Positions 10,530-19,705 of a stretch of 64,000 nt of DNA are shown here, in pieces. A program made the position numbers and the translations under genes. Source of the DNA: Prochlorococcus sp. AG-436-C14 (GTDB lineage: Bacteria; Cyanobacteriota; Cyanobacteriia; PCC-6307; Cyanobiaceae). The stretch's first letter is position 1, and every line of letters begins with the position of its first letter. The stretch is from positions 5,623-69,622 of the forward strand of contig QCPD01000009.1 in NCBI GenBank assembly GCA_003209755.1. The letters run 5' to 3'. A model generated the notes under the pieces. It saw only the letters and a list, made by a program, of their open reading frames with translations, had not been told where the DNA came from and did not search any database.

Positions 10530-11640
10530 TTGCAAGACCTGACTGATTTTAAAAGAGACCTTTCTTTATTGACTGCTCGCCTGGCTACAGCCCAGGATTG
10601 TCTTTGACGAACCTGCATTATTAGCAAGAAAAAAGGACTTAGAGCAAGTTGCATCGCAACCTGAATTTTGGAACGATCCCAAAAATGCACAAAAACAGAT
10701 GCGTCAACTTGATGAGGTTAAAGCAGAGTTAGCAAAACTCATTACATGGAGAGGTGCTATTGAGGACGCAAATCTTTCGTTAGATCTTTATGAGTTAGAG
10801 CCTGATGAAGCAATGCTTGCGGAGGCTCACCATGGGCTTGAGAAATTAAAGCAAGACCTTGAACGTTGGGAGATGGAGCGTCTCTTGAGTGGCACGTATG
10901 ATAAGGAGGGTGCAGTTCTCTCAATTAATGCAGGTGCTGGCGGAACTGATGCCCAAGATTGGGCCCAAATGCTTCTAAGGATGTATACCCGCTGGGCTGA
11001 AAACAATGGTATGAAAGTAATTATTAATGAACTTTCTGAGGGAGAGGAAGCGGGAATAAAAAGTGTCACCATTGAAATAGAAGGTGTATACGCATATGGT
11101 TTTTTACAAAATGAAAAGGGGACCCATCGTTTAGTCAGGATTTCCCCTTTCAATGCAAATGGAAAACGACAAACAAGTTTTGCTGGAGTTGAAGTTATGC
11201 CTAAACTTGATGAAGAGGTTGAACTTGAAATCCCTGAAAAAGATATAGAAATTACTACAAGTCGCTCAGGCGGAGCAGGAGGACAAAATGTAAATAAAGT
11301 TGAGACCGCAGTTCGGATTCTTCATGTGCCTACAGGTATTGCCGTTCGATGTACACAAGAAAGATCTCAGCTTCAAAATAAAGACAAAGCAATGGCTCTA
11401 CTAAAATCAAAATTGATGGTAATAGCATTAGAACAAAGGGCCGCAGAGATTGCAGATATTCGAGGAGATATTGTTGAGGCTGCGTGGGGCAATCAAATTA
11501 GAAATTATGTTTTCCACCCGTACCAAATGGTAAAAGATTTACGTACTGAACAAGAGACAACAGATGTAGATTCAGTAATGAATGGGGAAATAGATATTTT
11601 TATTCAGTCTCTTTTAAGGCAAAATATTGAAGAATCATAA
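10530..11640 (+). CDS. prfB: Peptide chain release factor 2, requires programmed +1 frameshift at 10602-10608
   Basis: Frame 0 reads (M)[24 protein letters not shown] then TGA at 10605-10607. Skipping T10605 continues as [37 protein letters not shown], in frame with ORF 10699..11640 (SPF and GGQ motifs present). Start is TTG 10530, giving 25 codons before the shift as in E. coli, or alternatively ATG 10491. Confidence 0.9.
10594..10608 (+). promoter_or_regulatory. prfB +1 frameshift cassette: SD-like AGGA, spacer, CTT TGA C
   Basis: Sequence AGGATTGTCTTTGAC. The slippery CUU followed by UGA C is identical to the E. coli prfB shift site, with a purine-rich SD-like element 4 nt upstream. Confidence 0.85.
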
Positions 11641-11651
11641 ATCAACTGAAT

Positions 11652-11843
11652 ATGAATAAAAAAATTACTTCTGATGACGTCACCAAGAAAGCAACTCCAC
11701 CTCCAGGTTTTGTCAAACTTGCAATGAAAAATATGGTTCGGAAAGGTAGTCAAAGCCTTTCTCACTTTGGGTTAACAGCTTTGGGTTTCCTTGGGTTTAT
11801 TCTTTTAGTTGCTGTTCTTGGAAAACCTCATATCCCTCAATAA
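11652..11843 (+). CDS. Small membrane protein, single C-terminal TM helix (resembles cyanobacterial DUF3285 from memory)
   Basis: 63 aa with a basic N-terminus and hydrophobic LTALGFLGFILLVAVLG. Tightly packed between prfB and ybeY (3-nt gap to ybeY). Confidence 0.6.
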   Translation: MNKKITSDDVTKKATPPPGFVKLAMKNMVRKGSQSLSHFGLTALGFLGFILLVAVLGKPHIPQ

Positions 11844-11846
11844 TTT

Positions 11847-12401
11847 ATGGAGAATTTTTCGACTAGTTCTTTTAAATTAGATGTTGACCTTTCTTTTACA
11901 CCCTTCCCGGTTCAAGATTTAGATGTCTTTGTGAACAGTGAGTCTTTTGAGTTGATGAAAAATCCAAGTCAATGGATTGAGGAGATAGGAAGCTGGATTA
12001 GATTCATACAAGTAAATTCATCATTTAATTGTCCGGAAATAGTCTTAAATGCGTCTCAATTTAGCTTGGGCTTGGAATTAACTAATGATAAGAAAATTTT
12101 TGATTTAAATCATACCTGGCTCGGGCAATCAAAAAGTACAGATGTGCTGTCATTTCCCATAATTGATGAGACATTTTTTGGTGTTAGTAAAGAATGTATC
12201 GAATTGGGTGACATAGTTATCTCAGTCCCGACAGCAATCAGGCAAGCCAAGGATAATAATGTTGATTTATTTAGAGAACTAAGATGGCTTGCTACTCATG
12301 GTCTCTTACACCTTTTGGGTTGGGACCATAGCGATGAAGAAAGCCTTGATAAAATGCTTTCGATTCAAGAGCAACTTCTTGATATTAGAGGTATTCTTTG
12401 A
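11847..12401 (+). CDS. ybeY: Endoribonuclease YbeY (rRNA maturation)
   Basis: 184 aa with zinc-binding HGLLHLLGWDH motif. Confidence 0.9.
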   Translation: MENFSTSSFKLDVDLSFTPFPVQDLDVFVNSESFELMKNPSQWIEEIGSWIRFIQVNSSFNCPEIVLNASQFSLGLELTNDKKIFDLNHTWLGQSKSTDVLSFPIIDETFFGVSKECIELGDIVISVPTAIRQAKDNNVDLFRELRWLATHGLLHLLGWDHSDEESLDKMLSIQEQLLDIRGIL

Positions 12402-12426
12402 AATAAAGAGTTGAAGGTTCACAAAT

Positions 12427-12885
12427 ATGGTTCCTGAGATATCCAATGACTCTGAGAGGGAAATTAGGGACATGTCTAAAACTCTTCAAAGGCCTAATAA
12501 AAGGTCATCGTGGAAGATAGCTAAAGATTTACCAACTAGCTTTTTATATGCAGCTAAAGGCTTAAGATATGCTTTCTCGACTCAGAGAAATTTTCGGATT
12601 CATGTTGGTTTTGCATTGGGTGCGTTTGGCTTAAGCTTTTTTTTAGGCCTTAATAAAAGTGATTTAGCAATAATGGCCCTTACAGCCACTAGTGTGTTAG
12701 TAGTTGAATTGCTTAATACCGCGATTGAATCTGTTGTTGATTTGGCCATTGGGAAAAGATTTCATCCTCTCGCGCAAATCGCTAAAGATTGTTCAGCTGG
12801 AGCAGTTTTAGTAGCTTCAATTAGTTCATTGCTGATTGCTGTTTTATTATTATTTCCTCCATTACTTAAACAGTTAGGAATTTAA
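12427..12885 (+). CDS. dgkA: Diacylglycerol kinase (prokaryotic DgkA family)
   Basis: 152 aa, three TM segments, VELLNTAIE motif. Follows ybeY as in many bacteria. Confidence 0.8.
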   Translation: MVPEISNDSEREIRDMSKTLQRPNKRSSWKIAKDLPTSFLYAAKGLRYAFSTQRNFRIHVGFALGAFGLSFFLGLNKSDLAIMALTATSVLVVELLNTAIESVVDLAIGKRFHPLAQIAKDCSAGAVLVASISSLLIAVLLLFPPLLKQLGI

Positions 12886-12898
12886 TGGCTTAAAAATT

Positions 12899-13495
12899 AT
12901 GTTTTTGGTGATCGACAATTATGACAGTTTCACTTATAACCTCGTTCAATATTTGGGCGAATTAGCTTCTCAGCATCCTATTGCATCAGAAGTAAGAGTC
13001 GAACGTAATGATGCTCTAACGATAAGTGAGATTAAAGATTTAAATCCTGATGCGATTTTATTATCTCCTGGTCCAGGAGATCCGAATCAATCTGGAGTTT
13101 GTCTAGATATTTTATCTGAGTTATCAATGGAAATACCAACTCTTGGCGTCTGTCTTGGCCATCAAGCTATTACTCAAGCGTTCGGTGGAAAAATAATCAG
13201 AGCTAATGAATTAATGCATGGTAAAACATCTAATGTTTTGCATAGAGGTACTGGAATATTTAAAGATTTGCCTAATCCCTTAGTAGCAACTAGATACCAT
13301 AGCTTAATTGCGGAGAGAGAGGGGTTCCCTGAATGCTTAGAGGTTATAGCCTGGTTAGAGGATGAAACAATTATGGGAATAACTCATAAAGATTATCCAC
13401 ACATATATGGAGTACAATTCCACCCTGAAAGTGTATTGACCGAATCTGGTCATAAGTTACTTTCGAATTTCTTGGATATAGCAGATTCTACCTAA
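12899..13495 (+). CDS. trpG: Anthranilate/aminodeoxychorismate synthase component II (glutamine amidotransferase)
   Basis: 198 aa. MFLVIDNYDSFTYNLVQYL, catalytic GVCLGHQ, and HPES near the C-terminus. Confidence 0.9.
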   Translation: MFLVIDNYDSFTYNLVQYLGELASQHPIASEVRVERNDALTISEIKDLNPDAILLSPGPGDPNQSGVCLDILSELSMEIPTLGVCLGHQAITQAFGGKIIRANELMHGKTSNVLHRGTGIFKDLPNPLVATRYHSLIAEREGFPECLEVIAWLEDETIMGITHKDYPHIYGVQFHPESVLTESGHKLLSNFLDIADST

Positions 13496-13534
13496 ATTAT
13501 CTCAAGTTTTGTAGACGTTTTAAATTAATTGAAA

Positions 13535-14650
13535 CTACATTTCATCGACAATCTTGAAAGCTGACCAGAATCTTTTCATCTGCTCAATTGTTCCGATGCT
13601 CACTCTGATAGAGCCTTTTAAATTTTTTTTCTTATCCATATTTCTAATTAGAATTCCAGATGACTTTAACTTTTGCTCAACTTGTTTTGGGTTTGATTTT
13701 GGCCAAAGTAGAAAATAGTTTCCTCCATCAATATGATGCTTAACGTGGTACTTCTCACATTGATCTTTGATCCAATTACGAGCCTCAAGTACTTCGTTCA
13801 CATACGAATCAATATAAGCTTGATCTTTAAGTGCTGCAAAAGCAGCAATCACTGCAAAGCTATTGACGTCATAAGGACCAGTGACTCTATTTACTAAATT
13901 AATTACTTTAGAATGACCAAAAGCAAACCCAATTCTTAAGCTTGCCAAGCCAGCAGTTTTAGAAAGTGATCTTAATACAATAAGATTAGGTGTATTATGG
14001 AAATTAACAAAAGGTAGAACACTATCACCTGTAAACGCCTCGTAAAGTTCATCGACAACAACTAGTGTTTTAGATGAAAGTTTGGTGATCTCTATAATTC
14101 TTTCTGGGCTTAATCTTGTTCCAGTTGGGTTATTAGGGTTGCAGATGAGTAAAATTTTTGGATTATTTTGTATGATGAATTCGCAAATACTATCAAATGG
14201 ATATTGAAAATCTTGCCCCTCATAAGGTATTGAGTTGATTTTCATTCCTCGCATTAGTGCGCAGGGAGTATAATATCCAAAAGTAGGCGATGTTGTTAGC
14301 ATTAGATCATTAACATCGCCATAGGCATGAAAAATAGCATTTATTGCTGCGTCTACTCCATTAAAAATACCAACTTCAGATGAGTTTATATTCACCCTTG
14401 AATTTTGTTTGATGAGAGTTTCTACTACTTTTTCTTTTAAACCTGAATATTCAGGATAAATAGAGATTTCATCTCTATTTATTTCTCTGAGAGACTTAAT
14501 TACTAGTGGGCTTGGTCCAATGGTGTTTTCATTAAAATCTAGTCTTAGTAAATTTCGTCTTCCTTCCAGTGGTGCAGAATATGGCTGTAAATCTTCGATA
14601 TCTTTCCTGGGATTTGGTAGATCAACAAATGAATGTTCTGTTTTTTCCAT
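13535..14650 (-). CDS. hisC: Histidinol-phosphate aminotransferase-like class I/II aminotransferase
   Basis: 371 aa. NPNNPTG and PLP-lysine context RSLSKTAGLASLRIGF. Confidence 0.75.
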   Translation of the reverse strand: MEKTEHSFVDLPNPRKDIEDLQPYSAPLEGRRNLLRLDFNENTIGPSPLVIKSLREINRDEISIYPEYSGLKEKVVETLIKQNSRVNINSSEVGIFNGVDAAINAIFHAYGDVNDLMLTTSPTFGYYTPCALMRGMKINSIPYEGQDFQYPFDSICEFIIQNNPKILLICNPNNPTGTRLSPERIIEITKLSSKTLVVVDELYEAFTGDSVLPFVNFHNTPNLIVLRSLSKTAGLASLRIGFAFGHSKVINLVNRVTGPYDVNSFAVIAAFAALKDQAYIDSYVNEVLEARNWIKDQCEKYHVKHHIDGGNYFLLWPKSNPKQVEQKLKSSGILIRNMDKKKNLKGSIRVSIGTIEQMKRFWSAFKIVDEM

Positions 14651-16473
14651 TACATTCTTTCCAGAGTAGGGATGCCTAACAAACTCAATCCCAGTTTAAG
14701 TGTATCTGCAGTGATAGAGCATAAAGAAAGTCTACTGGTTCTTGCAGGTTCACTTGCTTTTAAAATAGGAACTTGATCATAGAATCTGTTAAAAATCTGA
14801 CTTAATTCAAATAAATACCCGCAGAGACGATTAGGAAGCAGTTCTTTTTCGACTTCAGCAATAATACAGTCAAGTTGCAATAGCTTGCGAATCAAGGCCC
14901 ATTCTTGTGGCTCATTGAACTGAATATTCTGACTTGATACATTTAAATCCCCACCATTGCGAGATATTCCGGCTATTCGTACCAATGCATAAAGTAAATA
15001 TGGTGCAGTATTCCCCTGCAAAGAGAGCATCTTATCAAAACTAAATTGGTAATTAGAAACTCTATTTTGACTTAGATCCGCATACTTGATGGCTGCAATC
15101 CCGACAGTCGTAGAAACTTTATCAATAAAACTTTCATTTTCGGATCTACTTTCAGTGTTGAGACGATCTTTAAGATCTTCTCTTGCTCGTTGAATTGCTT
15201 CATCCAGAAGGTCTACTAATCTAATTGTTTCTCCCGAACGAGTTTTTAACTTTTTACCATCTTCTCCTTGAACAAGACCAAAGGGGACATGCTCAATTTG
15301 ACAATCTATAGGAATCCAATTTGCAAGCTTTGCAATTTGAAAAACCCCAGAGAAATGTGATGCTTGCCCAGCATCTGTTACATAAATCAACCGGAATGCT
15401 CCATCTCCATGCGGAGGAGTAGTTAATCTGTATTTAATCGCTGCCAAATCAGTGGTTGCATAATTGAAACCTCCGTCACTTTTTTGAATAATTATTGGTT
15501 GAGGAGTGCCATCTTTTCCTACTACGCCATCAAGGAAAATACATTGAGCTCCTTGATCATTTATTAGTAAATTTTTATTTTTTAAATCATTAATAATATC
15601 TACTAAAAATTTGTTATAAAAGGATTCACCTCTTTCAGTCAGCTTGATATCAAGCCGATCGTAGATCTTTTGAAACTCATTTCTGGATTGGTTGCAGAGT
15701 AATTGCCACGCAATGAGACTTTCTCGGTCACCTGCTTGTAAATTAACAACCTCATTTCTAGATTTCTTTTGAAAGCTGTGATCTTCATCAAATCTTTTTT
15801 TTGCTTGACGATAGAAATTTACGAGATCACTTATTTCTACTACATCTTTTGTATGGAGTGCTTCTGGTACAACCTCTTTCAGATGGGTGATGAGCATGCC
15901 AAATTGTGTACCCCAATCCCCTACATGATTGAGTCTTAAGACTTCATAACCGCAGAATTCAAGAACTCGTGCTAAGGAGTCTCCAATAATTGTTGATCGT
16001 AAGTGTCCAACATGCATTTCTTTAGCAATATTTGGACTGGAAAAATCAATAATCACGCGGTTATTTTTTTTTTCATCCTCTAATTTTTCACTATTGAATT
16101 GTTTTAGAGGGACTCCCAATCTTTTATCATTTAGACGAAAATGGATTTCCGATATAAGTGTTTTTGAATTTATAGATAGGTTTATGAAACCTGGACCTGC
16201 AATGTGTGGAGGATTACATATTTTAATGAAATCATTATCTTTTTGTAGTTGATCAGCTATTTGTTGCGCAATATCACGAGGAGGTTGTTTTATTTCTTTT
16301 GCTAGTGATAAAGCACAATTTATTTGAAAATCTCCAAATTCCGGCTTGGATGCGGGTACTAAATTAGAACCTGTAAGTATTGAAGAGGTTTTTGAACTTC
16401 GATCTTCTTTTGGGAATATTTTGATGAAAGCTCTATTAAGGGCTTCTTCTAGTCTGGTGGATATTTCAAGCAT
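14650..16473 (-). CDS. argS: Arginine--tRNA ligase
   Basis: 607 aa. [16 protein letters not shown] (HIGH region), DALR anticodon-binding C-terminus, ends in M as typical. Confidence 0.95.
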   Translation of the reverse strand: MLEISTRLEEALNRAFIKIFPKEDRSSKTSSILTGSNLVPASKPEFGDFQINCALSLAKEIKQPPRDIAQQIADQLQKDNDFIKICNPPHIAGPGFINLSINSKTLISEIHFRLNDKRLGVPLKQFNSEKLEDEKKNNRVIIDFSSPNIAKEMHVGHLRSTIIGDSLARVLEFCGYEVLRLNHVGDWGTQFGMLITHLKEVVPEALHTKDVVEISDLVNFYRQAKKRFDEDHSFQKKSRNEVVNLQAGDRESLIAWQLLCNQSRNEFQKIYDRLDIKLTERGESFYNKFLVDIINDLKNKNLLINDQGAQCIFLDGVVGKDGTPQPIIIQKSDGGFNYATTDLAAIKYRLTTPPHGDGAFRLIYVTDAGQASHFSGVFQIAKLANWIPIDCQIEHVPFGLVQGEDGKKLKTRSGETIRLVDLLDEAIQRAREDLKDRLNTESRSENESFIDKVSTTVGIAAIKYADLSQNRVSNYQFSFDKMLSLQGNTAPYLLYALVRIAGISRNGGDLNVSSQNIQFNEPQEWALIRKLLQLDCIIAEVEKELLPNRLCGYLFELSQIFNRFYDQVPILKASEPARTSRLSLCSITADTLKLGLSLLGIPTLERM

Positions 16474-16548
16474 GATGTTTATGGTTAGGTAGAGACTTTT
16501 TAGAATTTTTTGTTTTTAGGATGTTGTCAGAAAACTGTTTATTCATTT

Positions 16549-17412
16549 TTAGTCAAAGCGCATACTAAAATCTATCCATGTGCTTTTAGTGATTGGAGCA
16601 CTAGTTGAGATTAGATCAATACCTGTGAAAATATAGTCTGATAAATTATTTGGGTTAATTCCAGAAACTTCAATAACAATATTTTGTGAGACGTATTTGG
16701 AATTACTGGTTTTTGAAAGTTGACGTAATTCTGGAACTAATTTCGCTATAGTTTGAATAGACATTTCATCAAGTAAAACTCCATCAGCTCCTGCTTCTAC
16801 AGCTTCTTTCGCTTGGGAGGGAGTTTCTGCTTCGACTATTATTTTTTTTGTCCATGGAAGAGTATTTTTTAAGATTTTGATACTTTCGCTAATCCCCTGA
16901 GACCATTCAATATGATTCTCTTTCAACATGGCAGCATCATCTAATCCAAGTCTATGATTAATTCCGCCACCACAATGAAAAGCATATTTTTCGAATACTC
17001 TCAGCCCTGGAGTCGTTTTACGGGTGTCTGCTAACTTAACATTGGATCCTGAGAGTTTAGTTACCAGTAAAGCTGTCGATGTAGCAATACCAGAAAGATG
17101 CATGGCTACATTTAGAGTTACTCGCTCTCCTGCTACTAAGGAAGAGGCTGAACCTTTTAATTCTATGAGTCTCTGATTCTTTTCAAATTTCTGACCATCC
17201 TCTATTAGAAGTTGAATATCAACTTTGGGATCAATCTTTCTAAATATTAGTTTGACTAGATTTCCACCACAAAAAATCCCACCCTCTTTTGCAACCCAAT
17301 GAGCTGATGCACTTCTGTCTTTGAGGACAAATCTTGTGAGATCTCCATCACCGAGATCTTCCTCAATCCAGGCATCTAATATTTTATGTAGCTTTGGTGA
17401 GCGAAGATCCAC
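16549..17412 (-). CDS. nadC: Nicotinate-nucleotide pyrophosphorylase (quinolinate phosphoribosyltransferase)
   Basis: 287 aa with QPRTase layout (DTRKTTPGLR, HRLGLDDAAMLKENH, VEAET). GTG start. Confidence 0.9.
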   Translation of the reverse strand: MDLRSPKLHKILDAWIEEDLGDGDLTRFVLKDRSASAHWVAKEGGIFCGGNLVKLIFRKIDPKVDIQLLIEDGQKFEKNQRLIELKGSASSLVAGERVTLNVAMHLSGIATSTALLVTKLSGSNVKLADTRKTTPGLRVFEKYAFHCGGGINHRLGLDDAAMLKENHIEWSQGISESIKILKNTLPWTKKIIVEAETPSQAKEAVEAGADGVLLDEMSIQTIAKLVPELRQLSKTSNSKYVSQNIVIEVSGINPNNLSDYIFTGIDLISTSAPITKSTWIDFSMRFD

Positions 17413-17716
17413 AATACAACAAATACATTTATTACTATACCAATGCTAAAACCATTAAAAAATATCTTTTTCTATTTTTTAATTTCATCTAATTATCTTT
17501 GTCTTAAGTATTTTAAAGAAAATAGAAAATTTTTTAATATTTTTTCTTTGATGTATGTGAACTATATGCTTTAATTAACTTACTATCGACAGTTTGGATC
17601 AAGTGGACGTTGTTCATAGTGTGAATATTATGGTTGCAATACTGATTGGAGGAGTTTGCTATTACTTATATTATATTTTTACAATAGATAATAACTAGTA
17701 GATAAAAATTGCTTGA

Positions 17717-19111
17717 TTACTTACCAATACAAAATTTTGAAAATATATTATCAAGTAAGCTTTCTGTTAAATCTTCTCCTGTTAATTCTCCTAAATAATT
17801 AATAGCTTGTCTTAAATCAATCGTCCAGAAATCCCATGGTAGATTTTCATCAAAAACTTTATTAATATTTTCAAGCGATTCCATCGTGGACTTCGCTAGG
17901 TCAAGTTGTCTTTCATTTAGAGCAATATGTAATCCATGCGTTTGAGAAGAACCACATATTTTTAGTAAGTAATTGATTAGATCGTCTTCTCCATTTCCGG
18001 TTTTTGCGCTCAAAAACAATAGATTTTCTTTTTCTAATATATATTTTGGAACTTTTTCAAAAAATTGATTATTTTTTAAATCAGATTTATTTCCCACAAT
18101 CAAGAATGGAATATTTATGGGTAATTGATTTAGTATTGACTCATCCGCGCTAGTCCATCCTTTTGAATAATCAAAGATTAATATGATGAGATCAGATTGA
18201 ATTAAAGTTTTTTTAGTTCTAGAAATACCAATTTCTTCGATGATATTTTTAGTCTCTCTTAGACCTGCTGTATCAATAAAAGTTACTGGTATTCCCTCTA
18301 ATATAATCTCACTTTCCAAAAGATCTCTAGTCGTTCCAGGCAAGTCAGTCACAATAGCTTTTTCTTGCTTGCAAAGCCTATTTAGTAAGGAGCTTTTCCC
18401 TACATTAGGCTGCCCGGTTAATGCAACTTTTAAGCCAGAACGAACCCAAGAGGCTCTTTTGGCATTATCAATTAGTTCAATTAGATCCTTTTTGATTGCG
18501 ACAATTTCATTCTTTACATGCTTTTCATCTAAATTTGGAAGATCTTCTTCAAAATCTATTCTTGCTTCAATTTCCGTTAGTTGCTCAACTAATCGTTTCC
18601 TGATTGATTGAATCGTAGTTTGAATAGTGCCTTCAATTCCATTAATTGCGAGTTCTGCTGCTTTTCGACTTCTTGCTGATACCAGTTCACTAATTGATTC
18701 TGCTTGAGTTAGACTAAGACGACCATTTAGCACTGCTCGTTGACTAAACTCACCTGGCTCTGCTCTCCGAACGCTTGGAAAATCCAGTATTCTTTCAAGG
18801 ATCTTCTGGACTGCAATTATTCCACCATGGCAATGAATTTCTACTACATCTTCACCTGTAAAGCTTCGCGGCCCTTTCATTATTAATATTAATACTTCAT
18901 CGATATATTTTGTTTGATTTGCTTCGGTTACATGTCCATAAAGTACTTTGTGAGTGCTCCATTCGTGCGTTCCAGGAATATGAACAATGGTTTTAGTTAT
19001 ATCAATGGCTGAGGAGCCAGAGATTCTAATAACAGCGATACTTCCTTGTCCGGGACAAACGGCAGTCGCAATTGCAGCAATAGTATCTTCAGTAGGGGAA
19101 AACGAATTCAT
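17717..19111 (-). CDS. mnmE: tRNA modification GTPase MnmE/TrmE
   Basis: 464 aa. DTIAAIAT N-terminus, GQPNVGKSSL G1 motif, C-terminal FCIGK hallmark. Confidence 0.95.
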   Translation of the reverse strand: MNSFSPTEDTIAAIATAVCPGQGSIAVIRISGSSAIDITKTIVHIPGTHEWSTHKVLYGHVTEANQTKYIDEVLILIMKGPRSFTGEDVVEIHCHGGIIAVQKILERILDFPSVRRAEPGEFSQRAVLNGRLSLTQAESISELVSARSRKAAELAINGIEGTIQTTIQSIRKRLVEQLTEIEARIDFEEDLPNLDEKHVKNEIVAIKKDLIELIDNAKRASWVRSGLKVALTGQPNVGKSSLLNRLCKQEKAIVTDLPGTTRDLLESEIILEGIPVTFIDTAGLRETKNIIEEIGISRTKKTLIQSDLIILIFDYSKGWTSADESILNQLPINIPFLIVGNKSDLKNNQFFEKVPKYILEKENLLFLSAKTGNGEDDLINYLLKICGSSQTHGLHIALNERQLDLAKSTMESLENINKVFDENLPWDFWTIDLRQAINYLGELTGEDLTESLLDNIFSKFCIGK

Positions 19112-19182
19112 TAATCAATCATCACGCAATCTTCACTAAAATCAAATCTAGGTTTCTTTTTTGGACCAAGATTTTTTAAAAT

Positions 19183-19638
19183 ATGAAAAAAATCTTCCTA
19201 AATCTAATACAAAGAATTCGTAAATTTATCTCTTGGCTCTGGAATCAGGAAGGTTCTCCCTTTCAGAGAGCATTAGGATTGGGCGTGGGGGTATTTAGTG
19301 GTTGCTTTCCATTTTTTGGTTTACAAACCTTGATGGGTGTGTTTTTAGCAAAAATCTTAAAGGGAAATAGTATTTTGGCTGCTGTTGGAACCTGGATTAG
19401 CAACCCATTTACTTATGTTCCCCTTTATTATTTTAATTATAGACTAGGCTCTGTAATACTCAATAAAGATAAAAAGATAATAGATTTTAGCCATATAACT
19501 ACTAATGAATTGTGGTCTCAAGGTTGGTATTTGAGTTCTAGGCTGATAATGGGCTCGATATGTATGGGGCTTTTGACTGGAATAGTTGGTGGACTGGGTC
19601 TATATTTTTTACTTAAAAAACTTTCTAATAAAATTTAA
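19183..19638 (+). CDS. DUF2062-like membrane protein
   Basis: 151 aa. GSPFQRALGLGVGVFSGCFPFFGLQT motif plus hydrophobic segments. Confidence 0.7.
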   Translation: MKKIFLNLIQRIRKFISWLWNQEGSPFQRALGLGVGVFSGCFPFFGLQTLMGVFLAKILKGNSILAAVGTWISNPFTYVPLYYFNYRLGSVILNKDKKIIDFSHITTNELWSQGWYLSSRLIMGSICMGLLTGIVGGLGLYFLLKKLSNKI

Positions 19639-19656
19639 ATTTATATATTAGATATC

Positions 19657-19705
19657 ATTAATTAACTTTTAAATAATATCTTGGATTATTTAAAAGTTAA
19701 TTAAT
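19657..19705. repeat. Perfect 21-bp inverted repeat with 7-nt loop; putative bidirectional terminator
   Basis: ATTAATTAACTTTTAAATAAT (19657-19677), ATCTTGG, then ATTATTTAAAAGTTAATTAAT (19685-19705). The right arm overlaps the last two codons and stop of spoT. Lies between convergent genes. Confidence 0.8.

Noticed and set aside
10472-10690. 72-aa minus-strand ORF between grxC and prfB
   Set aside because: It lies antisense to the frame-0 and frame+1 5' portion of prfB, which explains the region completely. It is basic and low-complexity with no motif.
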